37,607 bases of DNA from NCBI GenBank assembly GCA_010027395.1, contig RGVD01000001.1, forward strand, positions 1-37,607, read 5' to 3'. How positions within the stretch are numbered: position 1 is the first letter of the stretch; every line of letters starts with the position of its first letter. Source of the DNA: Bacteroidota bacterium. GTDB lineage: Bacteria > Bacteroidota > Bacteroidia > UKL13-3. A model generated the notes under the pieces. The model saw nothing but the letters and a program-made list of their open reading frames with translations. It searched no databases and was not told the origin of the DNA. The position numbers and the translations under genes are program-made. Below are positions 1 through 9,116 of the stretch, in pieces.

Positions 1-294
1 ATCGTTAAATTGAAATACTTCTACTTTTATCATCTGGGCCTCAAAATTAGCTAAATCATTATTTATATCTTGGATTTTTTGTGATGAATTATGATAGCAT
101 TAAATATTGTCTTGAATTAATTCCAAGCGGCACAAAAACATAATGTAAGGGCGAATCAACACTCTCCCTGATTATGCACAAGAAGTAAGCAAATTGTAAA
201 AAATAACCCTTTGACTCTAAGAATGGGTGGGTATTATTAGTTTTTTAAAATTTCGCTTTCCAATATCAATCCTAAAAGCAATATTTGAGCGGAT

Positions 295-3200
295 TTGAAT
301 TTTAAACCTACATATATCATCAAACATTTTTTTATAGCCCTTTTGTTGCTTCCCTTGCAGCAAGTTTTTGCACAGGGTATTAATACTACATTTGGTCAAA
401 ACCGCGTTCAATATGGCGAGTTTGAATGGAGTTATGTACGAAGCGAAAATTTTGATTCATACTTTTATAAAGGAGGCCGTGAATTGGCCACTTTTGCAGC
501 CAAGTATGCCGAAGAAAACTTGAATGCTTTAGAAACGGTTTTAGACCACCGCCTGAGCGGTCGAATAGAAATCATTTTTTACAATACTCTGGGTGATTTT
601 AAACAAAGCAATTTTGGCCTTGAAGAGATTGCCCAAAACACGGGTGGTTACACCCAAGTGGTAAACAACAAAGTGTATATTTATTTCAATGGCGATCATG
701 GCGATTTTGTAAGGCAATTGAAAGATGGGATGTCTCTGGTTTTGCTTAACGAATTGTTGTATGGTGGTTCATTTCAAGAGCGCGTGCAAAGTGCTACTTT
801 ACTAAACTTGCCGCAATGGTATTTACGTGGTTTGACAAGTTATATTTCAAAACCATGGGATGCTGATATGGATAACCGCATGAAGGATGGTTTACTTTCA
901 AAAAAATTAATGAAGTTTAACCGATTAAACAACAAAGATGAGGTGTTTGCGGGTCATAGTATTTGGAAGTTTTTGGTTGATAAATATGGCATGGAAGTGA
1001 TTCCTAATATGGTGTACATAACACGTATTACGCGCAACTATGAAAATGCTTTCATTTATGTAACAGGTTTGAAATTTAAAGACCTTCAAAAAGAATGGCT
1101 TGACTATTATAAAACTCTTTATCTAAAAGAAGAAACTGGTCGCAGTTTACCCTTTGCTGAACTGAAAATAAAACGCAAGCAAGCCCAATACATTCAACCA
1201 GAAATGAAAGTGAGCAGCAAAGGAAATTACCTAGCCTTTACCACCAACAAAAATGGCAAATACAAAGTATGGTTGTTTGATACCAAAACAGGTAAATCAA
1301 AGAAAATATTTAAAGGTGGAATTAAATATAACCAATTAGAAGTGGACCATTCTTTTCCTCTTGTAACTTGGCAGCAGGGTGGCGATAAGTTGGGCATTAT
1401 TTATGAAAAAAGAGGTTACGTTTATTTGAAATTAAGCGACCTTGTTACCAAAGAAAAAACAGTTATTCAGTTTCAGAAATTTGAAAAAATAACGGGTATA
1501 GATTTTAGTGACAATGGCAGAACCATAGTGTTGTCGGCTATTCGTAAAGGTCAGAGCGATTTGTATACATTTGATATTCCTAGCAGGCGCGAAAGACAAC
1601 TTACGAATGATTTTTATGATGACATAAACCCACGTTTTGTTGACTACTCAAGCAAGGTGGTTTTTAGTTCAAATAGAAATACGGATTCTTTGGCACAACC
1701 CGTTATTCCTAAGATATACGAGACCAATAATTTTGATATCTATCAATATGATTTAGAGAGCAAAAATGGTATGCTAAAACGTATTACCCGCACGCCCAAT
1801 ATCAACGAAACACAGCCTATTGATTTCAATAGAAATTACATGGCCTACCTAAGTGATTACAATGGTATAAAGAACCGCTATGCTGCTAGGGTGGAAGAGG
1901 AGTTTGATTACAATGAAATTCAAATAAAATACTTCGATTCAACTTATAAAAATACGGATACCTTGTATTATTTTGAGGAGAACATTCCGCAAAAAGGTAA
2001 AGAATTTGACTACAATGGAAAGCATGTTGTATTAGATACAACCGTTGAAAAGATTGATACCATTCTTCACACAAAAGACATCGTGTATACTTATCCGCTT
2101 ACCAATTTTACCCGTAATATTCTTGCTCATGATGTATCGGTGCAAGCCAAAATGGTATATGATTTAATGCTCGTAAACAATAAGTATTATATCAAAATGA
2201 CCCCACTAAGTAAGTCGGTAGAAGAGGATAGCAAATCGATAGAAACCTATCCAAACATGTTCAGGTTGAAGAGTGGATATGCCACCACACAATTTGAAGC
2301 GGGGCGCAAAGAATATAGGCGATTACCAGGATTTGCCCAACCTGTTCAAGAGGTAAAAGAAGAAACCGAAACCCTGATTACAAAAAACCTGCTTATATGG
2401 TTTTGCCAAAGTTTGGTTCATCTCTTAAAAATGGGGCTAATAAAAACAATATAAAACTTACTTCTCCTCGTTTTTATGATGTTACTTTTTTTGCTGATCA
2501 ATTGGTAACACAAATTGATAACTCCATCATCAACACCTATTATCAACCTATATCATCGGCAGGGGCTCAGTTGTTTAATCCTGGCTTAAATGGAATGTTT
2601 AAGTTAGGCATGGTTGATTTGTTTGAAGACTATCGTTTTGTAGGCGGGCTAAGATTAAGCTTTGATTTGAGCGGATTGGATTATTTTTTGTCTTTTGAAA
2701 CCTTAAAAAAACGCCTTGACCATAAATTCCAATTCTTCCGTCAATCTAGGGCAGGAACAAGTCCTGAAGGATATAGCGCAAGGAGTTTATCACATGAAGT
2801 AAGGTATATAGCCAAATACCCAATTAGTCAAACAAGCAGTTTTAGGTTAAATATTTTTGGTAGGCAGGACCGCGATGTATATAGAGCTAATAACCAAGCA
2901 TCGCTTGAAGCCCCTGATAGAATAACCAATTGGGCAGGTTTTAAATTAGAATATATTTTCGACAATTCAGTTCCTAAAGGCTTGAATCTATGGAATGGCA
3001 CCAAGTTTAAAGTGTTTTATGAAAAGTATGTAAGTGTTGAAAACAGTGATGTGCAAATGAATGTGCTTGGTTTTGATTTAAGACACTATGAGAAAATTCA
3101 CCGTCAGATTATTTGGGCAACAAGGGTGAGTGCTAATACTTCATTTGGGCCTGCAAAAGTGGTTTATTACCTTGGTGGTGTTGAGAATTGGATTACACCT

Positions 3201-3662
3201 CGTTTTAATAATGACATTTCTACCTCAGGGGATCAAAACTATATTTTCCAAGCCTTGGCTTGCAACCTCAGAGGCTTTGAGCAAAACATTCGCAATGGAA
3301 ACACTTTTGCTGTTATCAATACAGAGATACGTTTCCCAGTATTTCAATATGCTTTCAATCGCCCTTTGAGAAGTGAGTTTTTGCATAATTTCCAAGTGGT
3401 GCCTTTCTTTGATATTGGCTCAGCTTGGGTGGGGGATAATCCGTATAGCGAAGATAATACTTTCAACCAAAAGATTATAGATATTAAACCTATTAGAGCC
3501 AAAGTAATAAATGTGCGTGACCCAATCGTAGCGGGCTTTGGCGGTGGTTTAAGAACCAAATTATTAGGATATTTTGTAAGGTTTGATGTGGCTTGGGGCA
3601 TACAGGATGCCGAAGTGACCAATAAGCCTGTGTACTATGTTAGCTTGACTCAGGATTTTTAA
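295..3662 (+). pseudogene. Large outer-membrane protein (signal peptide, TolB/PD40-like beta-propeller region, Omp85/surface-antigen-like C-terminal beta-barrel) split by a frameshift
   Basis: Two long same-strand ORFs (295..2454 in frame 1; 2397..3662 in frame 3) overlap by 58 nt. Both frames are open together only in 2319..2454, so one indel there (the interval contains an A6 run at 2382-2387) would rejoin them into a single ~1120-aa protein. The N-terminus MNFKPTYIIKHFFIALLLLPLQQVFA/QG looks like a Sec signal peptide (TTG start). The middle has PD40/TolB-like repeats (SSKGNYLAFTTNKNGKYKVWLFD, FSDNGRTIVLSA). The C-terminus (GGGLRTKLLGYFVRFDVAWG ... YYVSLTQDF) resembles an Omp85-type barrel ending in Phe. 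Family assignment is from motif memory only. Confidence 0.6.
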
Positions 3663-3711
3663 TGTTAAGAAAAGAACTCATTAACACTTTTTCATATCGA
3701 AAAAATTCAAG

Positions 3712-3947
3712 CAGATTTTATGAAGGTTGGACGCAAAATCCTTCCCATCGCGAAGCCCGATTTTCGTAGTGCTGTGCAAAAAGATTTCAGGCTTGGGTTT
3801 GCGTAGCCTTTTAGGTTTTGCTATGTGAAGTGGGATAAGCCATGAGGCAAAATATAAACAGCGGCAAGGAGAAATCTTTTTGAGGATAGGTAAAGTGTTA
3901 GCAGGCACCTTGAAAATCGAAACTCTTTTGGCTACCTTTTGGAGTTA
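3712..3947. ncRNA. Candidate structured non-coding RNA (family and strand not assigned)
   Basis: This lies in a 400-nt gap between convergent genes (stops at 3662 and 4065) and is visibly richer in G+C than its flanks. A perfect 12-nt inverted repeat, CAAAAAGATTTC (3767-3778) / GAAATCTTTTTG (3861-3872), encloses two local hairpins: AGGCT 3779-3783 / AGCCT 3795-3799, and TTTTGC 3806-3811 / GCAAAA 3837-3842. A further 9-bp hairpin is TACCTTTTG 3923-3931 / CAAAAGGTA 3939-3947. The only track ORF here (3681..3908, minus, 75 aa) has no protein-like features. Confidence 0.3.
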
Positions 3948-4064
3948 TCAAAAGGTATGAAGAAAAACAATTAGATAGATGATTGTTTGAAAAGACAAAT
4001 TCTGTAGCTTTCATTTTTATTGATACTTAGGCTGCGCTCAGTATAAATTCCAACGAAATAAAAA

Positions 4065-4652
4065 TTAACCCTTCATCCCTTCAACAAAACAATGGCGGCA
4101 GCGGGCTTCATAAGTATCTTTTTCGCCAAGCATCACCAAGGCATCGTTACTGGTTTTGCGGAACGAGTGAGTGGCTAAATCACCACAAACCATGCAAATA
4201 GCATGTACTTTGGTAACATACTCGGCAATGGCCATCAATTTAGGCATGGGTCCAAAAGGTTTTCCTAAATAATCCATATCAAGACCAGCAACCACTACCC
4301 TTACGCCTTGTTCGGCAAGCTTTTCGCAAACATATACCAGCTCATCATCAAAAAACTGAGCTTCGTCAACACCAATTACATCTGCCTCATTTGCCATTAG
4401 AAGAATATTCAGAGATGCAGACACAGGAGTAGAAGAAATGGAGTTTGAATTGTGCGAAACCACATCATTTTCGTCATAGCGTGTATCCAAAGCAGGTTTA
4501 AAAATTTCTACTTTTTGGTTGGCAATTTTTGCCCTATTAAGCCTACGAATCAACTCCTCGGTTTTACCCGAAAACATAGAGCCACAAATAACTTCTATCC
4601 AGCCTTTCTTATATGAGGTATTTCTATGTGGTTCTAAAAACATTTGTAGCAA
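4065..4652 (-). CDS. tdk: Thymidine kinase
   Basis: 195-aa ORF with P-loop [20 protein letters not shown], and C-terminal zinc-ribbon cysteines (CMVCG ... CRHC), typical of type II thymidine kinase. The second Met (MFLEP, 4643) is the more likely start. Confidence 0.93.
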   Translation of the reverse strand: MLQMFLEPHRNTSYKKGWIEVICGSMFSGKTEELIRRLNRAKIANQKVEIFKPALDTRYDENDVVSHNSNSISSTPVSASLNILLMANEADVIGVDEAQFFDDELVYVCEKLAEQGVRVVVAGLDMDYLGKPFGPMPKLMAIAEYVTKVHAICMVCGDLATHSFRKTSNDALVMLGEKDTYEARCRHCFVEGMKG

Positions 4653-4859
4653 AAATAACTTTTTGCCTTAGATGTAAAAATCTCGGAAGGCATTTGTTGC
4701 TTGTTTTGAGTTGGGGATAGGCTTAGGGCAAAAATATATATGCCATTATTAATTCAAAAATGCGCCTCTTGTCCCTAAGCTTAGTATTCTTTGCACACTT
4801 AATAACACATGTTTATTTTTATTACTTCCAAATCCCATATAAAAAGTAATTTTTGCCAT

Positions 4860-5765
4860 ATGAATTCATTGCAACTGATAACTAAAATTAAGAGCCGCTT
4901 GGCAGAGATGACCGAATTGAGTGATGTCATATTAACTCATAACAATAATCTACTAGCTATTGAGAAAGAAGTTTTAAAGAAAAATTGTGCAGAATTGTAT
5001 GATTTACTGCTTAGGCTAAAAACCAATGAAGAGCAAATAGTTGAAAATGTTGTGCCCAAAATGGAGGCTTCAAAGCCTGAAGAACCTATTGTGAAAAGCA
5101 TTCCAGCCCCAGAAGTGGTAAAGGAAATACCTAAATTGGAAGAGATTGTTGTTGAAGAATTGCCTTTATTTAACACCATCATTGAAACAGCGGGAGAGGA
5201 AATTACATTGAACAGTATTGCTGAAATTGTAGTGGATGAGGAAGTGATAGAAGAACCTGAAATTATTCAGGTAGTTGAAGAGCCGATAGCTGTTATACAA
5301 ACACCTGTAGTTGAAAATAAAATTGAAACACATAAGCCTGCTGATTGGAAACCAGAATTGAGAATTGTTAGAACTGTGATGCCCGAAATACCCAAGGAAG
5401 AACCAAAATCTGAACCTTTATTAAGTATTGAAAAAGTGGTGATACCTGAGAAAACTGAGGAAGAACTTAGCTTTAATGATCGTATAGCCAAAAACATTGA
5501 GAGGTATCAGATTTCAGATAAACCCGTTGAGCCTAAAATTGATAACTTAAAAACGGCTATCTCATTGAATAAGAAAATTGCTTTTGTGAATGAACTATTC
5601 AAAGAAAATGTGGTGGATTATGCCAAAAACATTGATAGAATAAACAATGCCACCGATATCAATGAGGCTATGGGGTATTTTGCCGAGTTAAAAGCACAGT
5701 ATAGCTGGCAAGCTACAAACGAGCTAGTGGTTGAGTTGGAAAAACTTATACAACGCAGGTTTTAG
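4860..5765 (+). CDS. Hypothetical protein with an acidic Glu/Pro/Val-rich linker and a conserved-looking C-terminal domain
   Basis: The track ORF is 4809..5765; I prefer ATG 4860 (MNSLQLITKIK). There is a central low-complexity stretch (EEPIVKSIPAPEVVKEIPKLEEIVVEE...). The C-terminal ~90 aa (LNKKIAFVNELFKENVVDYAKNIDRINN ... LIQRRF) resembles Bacteroidota hypothetical proteins I recall. No function is assignable. Confidence 0.7.
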   Translation: MNSLQLITKIKSRLAEMTELSDVILTHNNNLLAIEKEVLKKNCAELYDLLLRLKTNEEQIVENVVPKMEASKPEEPIVKSIPAPEVVKEIPKLEEIVVEELPLFNTIIETAGEEITLNSIAEIVVDEEVIEEPEIIQVVEEPIAVIQTPVVENKIETHKPADWKPELRIVRTVMPEIPKEEPKSEPLLSIEKVVIPEKTEEELSFNDRIAKNIERYQISDKPVEPKIDNLKTAISLNKKIAFVNELFKENVVDYAKNIDRINNATDINEAMGYFAELKAQYSWQATNELVVELEKLIQRRF

Positions 5766-5851
5766 TGACTTTTTTGCTTATAAAATCATGCTTTATTTAT
5801 AAGCAATTAAAACTTTAGACGTATTTTCGCTCCGCCTTATTTATTCAAATT

Positions 5852-7870
5852 ATGCTTAATTACAATCGTAAAAACTATAGTGACGAGATACTTGTAGATC
5901 TATATAAAGCCATTATTAAACCGCGCCTTATCGAAGAAAAAATGCTTATTTTACTTCGCCAAGGAAAAGTGAGCAAATGGTTTAGTGGTATTGGTCAAGA
6001 AGCTATTAGCCTAGGTTGTGTAAAGGCTTTGCACGATGATGAGTATGTGCTTCCATTGCATCGTAATTTGGGGGTTTTTACTGGAAGAAACATTCCTTTT
6101 GCTAAGTTATTTAGCCAATGGCAAGGTAAGAAAGATGGTTTTTCAAAAGGCCGTGAGCGCTCATTCCATTTTGGTACCAACGAGTATCACATTGTAGGTA
6201 TGATATCGCATTTAGGTGCTATGTTGGGGGTGGCTGATGGAATTGCCTTAGCTCATAAAATCAGAAAAGAAAAAAAAATAAGTGTGGTTTTTAGTGGTGA
6301 TGGTGGCGCAAGTGAAGGTGATTTCCACGAAGCCATTAATACCGCTGCCGTATGGCAATTGCCTGTTATCTTTCTAATTGAAAACAATGGCTATGGATTA
6401 TCTACACCAACCAATGAGCAATTTCGTTTCAAAAGTTTTATAGATAAAGGCGTTGGTTATGGTATCGAAGCCTATCGCATTGATGGCAACAATATTTTAG
6501 AAACCTATGATGTGATAAAAAACTTGGCAGAATCGATGCGTAACAATCCTAGACCTGTATTGTTGGAATGTATGACATTCCGTATGCGTGGACATGAGGA
6601 GGCATCAGGGGTTAAATATGTGCCGCAAGAACTATTTGAAATTTGGGGCAAAAAAGATCCGGTAGTCAATTACGAAAAATACCTATTAGAAAATAATATT
6701 ATCACTCAGGAACTAATTTCGAGTATCAAATCTGAGATTAGATCAGAAATAGATGCTGGGGTAATTTCGGTTGAAAATGAACCTGAAATCACTCCAGTGA
6801 CAGCTGAAGAAATGAATGATGTTTTCAAAGCCATGCCCTCTGTTTCTTCCAGCCATTTTGAAAATTTGCAGCATGTCATCGTTAAGCCTGAGTCTTCTCA
6901 AAAAACCAATAAACGCCTAGTGGATGCCATTAGCGATGGTTTGAAATTATCGATGCGCAAACATGATAACTTGGTATTAATGGGTCAAGACATTGCTGAA
7001 TATGGTGGAGTGTTTAAAATTACGCAAGGTTTTGTTGAAGAATTTGGCAAAGCTAGGGTAAGAAATACCCCTCTTTGCGAAAGCGCCATTTTAGGTGCTG
7101 GATATGGCTTGTCTATCAAAGGCATGAAGGCCATGGTAGAGATGCAGTTTGCCGATTTTGTGAGTGTTGGTTTCAATCAAATTGTAAATAACCTAGCTAA
7201 AAGCTATTACCGTTGGGGACAAAATGCTGATGTGGTGGTGAGAATGCCAACAGGAGCAGGCATGGGCGCAGGTCCTTTCCATTCGCAAAGCAACGAGGCT
7301 TGGTTTTTTCATGTGCCAGGTTTGAAAATTGTATATCCTTCTACCCCTGGAGATGCGAAAGGATTATTATCTGCGAGTATTTCAGATCCAAACCCAGTAT
7401 TGTTTTTTGAGCACAAAAATTTATACAGAAACACTGAAATTGAAGAAGCTGTTTTTGATGATTATTATGAATTAGAAATTGGCCCTGCTCGCAAGGTGCA
7501 AGAAGGAGAGGAGATATCTATCATTACTTATGGTGCGGGTGTTCATTGGGCAAGTAAATATGCTAAAGAACAAAACATTGATGCTGATATCGTTGATTTG
7601 AGAACCTTGATGCCTTGGGATAAAAATGCAGTAGAGCAAAGTGTTAAGAAAACTGGTAAAGTCATAGTTTTGCATGAAGATACCCTAACAGGTGGAATAG
7701 GTGCAGAGATTGCTGCTCATATTGCACAACATTGCTTCAAGTTCTTGGATGCACCTGTGGTGAGGGTTGCCTCTCTTGATACACCTGTGCCTTTCAATAC
7801 AGATTTGGAGCAAAATTTCTTGCCTAAAGAAAGGTTGAAAGCCGCTATTGACGAATTGTTGAATTACTAG
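5852..7870 (+). CDS. Fused 2-oxoacid (branched-chain/pyruvate-type) dehydrogenase E1 component, alpha+beta subunits in one polypeptide
   Basis: 672-aa ORF. The N-half carries the E1-alpha TPP-binding motif GDGGASEGDFHEAINTAAVWQLPVIFLIENNGYG. The C-half is E1-beta/transketolase-like (NTPLCESAILGAGYGLS, PVLFFEHKNLY, DLRTLMPWD). Confidence 0.9.
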   Translation: MLNYNRKNYSDEILVDLYKAIIKPRLIEEKMLILLRQGKVSKWFSGIGQEAISLGCVKALHDDEYVLPLHRNLGVFTGRNIPFAKLFSQWQGKKDGFSKGRERSFHFGTNEYHIVGMISHLGAMLGVADGIALAHKIRKEKKISVVFSGDGGASEGDFHEAINTAAVWQLPVIFLIENNGYGLSTPTNEQFRFKSFIDKGVGYGIEAYRIDGNNILETYDVIKNLAESMRNNPRPVLLECMTFRMRGHEEASGVKYVPQELFEIWGKKDPVVNYEKYLLENNIITQELISSIKSEIRSEIDAGVISVENEPEITPVTAEEMNDVFKAMPSVSSSHFENLQHVIVKPESSQKTNKRLVDAISDGLKLSMRKHDNLVLMGQDIAEYGGVFKITQGFVEEFGKARVRNTPLCESAILGAGYGLSIKGMKAMVEMQFADFVSVGFNQIVNNLAKSYYRWGQNADVVVRMPTGAGMGAGPFHSQSNEAWFFHVPGLKIVYPSTPGDAKGLLSASISDPNPVLFFEHKNLYRNTEIEEAVFDDYYELEIGPARKVQEGEEISIITYGAGVHWASKYAKEQNIDADIVDLRTLMPWDKNAVEQSVKKTGKVIVLHEDTLTGGIGAEIAAHIAQHCFKFLDAPVVRVASLDTPVPFNTDLEQNFLPKERLKAAIDELLNY

Positions 7871-8067
7871 TTAATAGCTGATTCTAATATAGCTTTTATA
7901 CTTTCGCTTGTATAAGGTTTGGCTGATATGCTAAATTGGAAAGGTATCCTATGTGCTGTGCGAAATCATCCTGACTGATTGATCCAACAAAAACTAATTT
8001 ACATCTATTACGAATAATTACTAAAATTACTAAGGTATTGGAAAAGTTTATTCTGTTTCGAATGCAT

Positions 8068-8098
8068 AAAAAAAGCCGTTTCAATCGAAACGGCTTTT
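8068..8098. terminator. Bidirectional intrinsic terminator between the convergent E1 gene and rpoD
   Basis: Stem GCCGTTTC (8075-8082) / GAAACGGC (8087-8094), loop AATC. It is flanked by an A-run on the left and a T-run on the right, so each strand reads hairpin followed by U-tract. It lies 8 nt beyond the rpoD stop. Confidence 0.7.
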
Positions 8099-8105
8099 GA
8101 GTTTA

Positions 8106-8915
8106 TTAACCTAAATAGGCTTTTAATATTTTGCTCTTGCTAGATTTACGCAATCTGCGTAGTGCCTTTTCTTTAATCTGACGAACACGCTCTCTGGTTA
8201 AACCAATTTTCTCGCTTATGTCTTCTAAAGTATGTGCAGGGCCACCATCAAGACCGTAGTAAAACTTCAATACATCTTTTTCTTTTTCGCTCAAAGTTGA
8301 AATAACACGGTTGATTTCTTTTTGAAGCGATTCGTTGATTAATTGAACATCTGGTCTTGGCTCATCGTTGCTATCCAACACACCTAAAAGGGTGTTGTCT
8401 TCGCCTTCTGTCAATGGGGCATCAATACTTAAATGTCTACCTGTACTTCTCATGGCATTTTCTACCTCAAGTACTGGAATATCCATTGCTTCTGCTATCT
8501 CATCAACAGTTGGCTCGCGCTCAAGTTCTTGTTCAAGTTTAGCAGCTGTGTTACCAATTCTACCAATTGAACCCACTTTGTTTAATGGCAAACGAACAAT
8601 ACGACTTTGGTCAGCCAAAGCTTGCAAAATGGACTGTCTAATCCACGCTTTAATCAAACCTAAATTTCCCTCATTAATTAAATCACCAAGGGTTAAACCT
8701 TGATTTTGATATTGTTTTGATACAGAAACAACAAAGCGTAAGTTGGCGTTTACTAAACGCTCTAATGCTACTTGATCTCCTTCACGAATTCTACGAGCTA
8801 GTTCCACCTCTTCTTGGGCATCAATCATCGGCACTTTGCTAATCTCATTCAGATACTTATCAAGCGATTTGCTTTCGCGATTAGTAAACTGTTTGCTTAT
8901 TTTAAGTTGTCTCAT
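8106..8915 (-). CDS. rpoD: Primary sigma-70-family sigma factor (Bacteroidota SigA/RpoD type) with an in-frame 18-codon gap in region 2.2-2.3
   Basis: 269-aa ORF. Region 2.1 is ANLRFVVSVSKQYQNQGL and region 2.4/3 is SRIVRLPLNKVGS. Region 4.2 is TLEDISEKIGLTRERVRQIKEKALRRLR, and the C-terminus SKILKAYLG is typical of Bacteroidota SigA. At codons 90/91 (nt 8646/8645) the sequence reads GNLGLIKA|WIRQSILQ, whereas E. coli sigma70 reads [34 protein letters not shown]. Confidence 0.85.
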   Translation of the reverse strand: MRQLKISKQFTNRESKSLDKYLNEISKVPMIDAQEEVELARRIREGDQVALERLVNANLRFVVSVSKQYQNQGLTLGDLINEGNLGLIKAWIRQSILQALADQSRIVRLPLNKVGSIGRIGNTAAKLEQELEREPTVDEIAEAMDIPVLEVENAMRSTGRHLSIDAPLTEGEDNTLLGVLDSNDEPRPDVQLINESLQKEINRVISTLSEKEKDVLKFYYGLDGGPAHTLEDISEKIGLTRERVRQIKEKALRRLRKSSKSKILKAYLG

Positions 8916-9116
8916 CTATACGTCTTATTTCCTATTGTTAAGTGAATGTTTGAAATTTGGGTTGCAAATTTCGTAAAAGATAAGCCATTAACGAAAAAAA
9001 ACAATATAATTTATATAAGAATTTCTTTTACAGAGCATTAATGTTTTTAATTTACACCAATCAGCCAATATATTTCTACCTTTTTGTATGATAATTAGAC
9101 ACTTAGCCAAATTTGA

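Noticed and set aside
1-54. Possible gene ends at the left edge: a minus-strand ATG at 33..31 (MIKVEVFQFND...) running out of the window, or a plus-strand frame ending at the stop at 52-54
   Set aside because: Only 11-17 codons are visible, which is too little to support any call.
2382-2387. Programmed ribosomal frameshift at the A6 run as the explanation for the split outer-membrane protein gene
   Set aside because: There is no recognisable slippery heptamer plus downstream structure. Four other genes in the window are also disrupted, three of them with multi-codon gaps, so a general deletion or artefact explanation is more economical.
3681-3908. 75-aa minus-strand ORF in the 3663-4064 intergenic region
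   Set aside because: It has no signal peptide, motif or plausible start context, and it coincides with the G+C-rich self-complementary stretch. I treat the region as a possible RNA element rather than a CDS.
3700-3960. Possible RNase P RNA, tmRNA, SRP (4.5S) RNA or cobalamin/TPP riboswitch
   Set aside because: I looked on both strands for GGAAAGTCC (RNase P P4), the GGGGCTGA.. 5' end and GGTTCGA..CCACCA 3' end (tmRNA), GGAAGGAAGCAGC-like strings (SRP), and B12-box or CTGAGA cores. None is present. The position downstream of both neighbouring genes also argues against a riboswitch.
5776-5804. 9-bp perfect inverted repeat GCTTATAAA / TTTATAAGC after the 4860..5765 gene, considered as a terminator
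   Set aside because: The stem is almost entirely A/T, and the T-run precedes rather than follows the hairpin on the plus strand. This is too weak to list as a terminator.
7896-8084. 62-aa minus-strand ORF between the E1 gene and rpoD
   Set aside because: It is short, has no motifs, and overlaps the shared terminator region, so it is most likely non-coding spacer.
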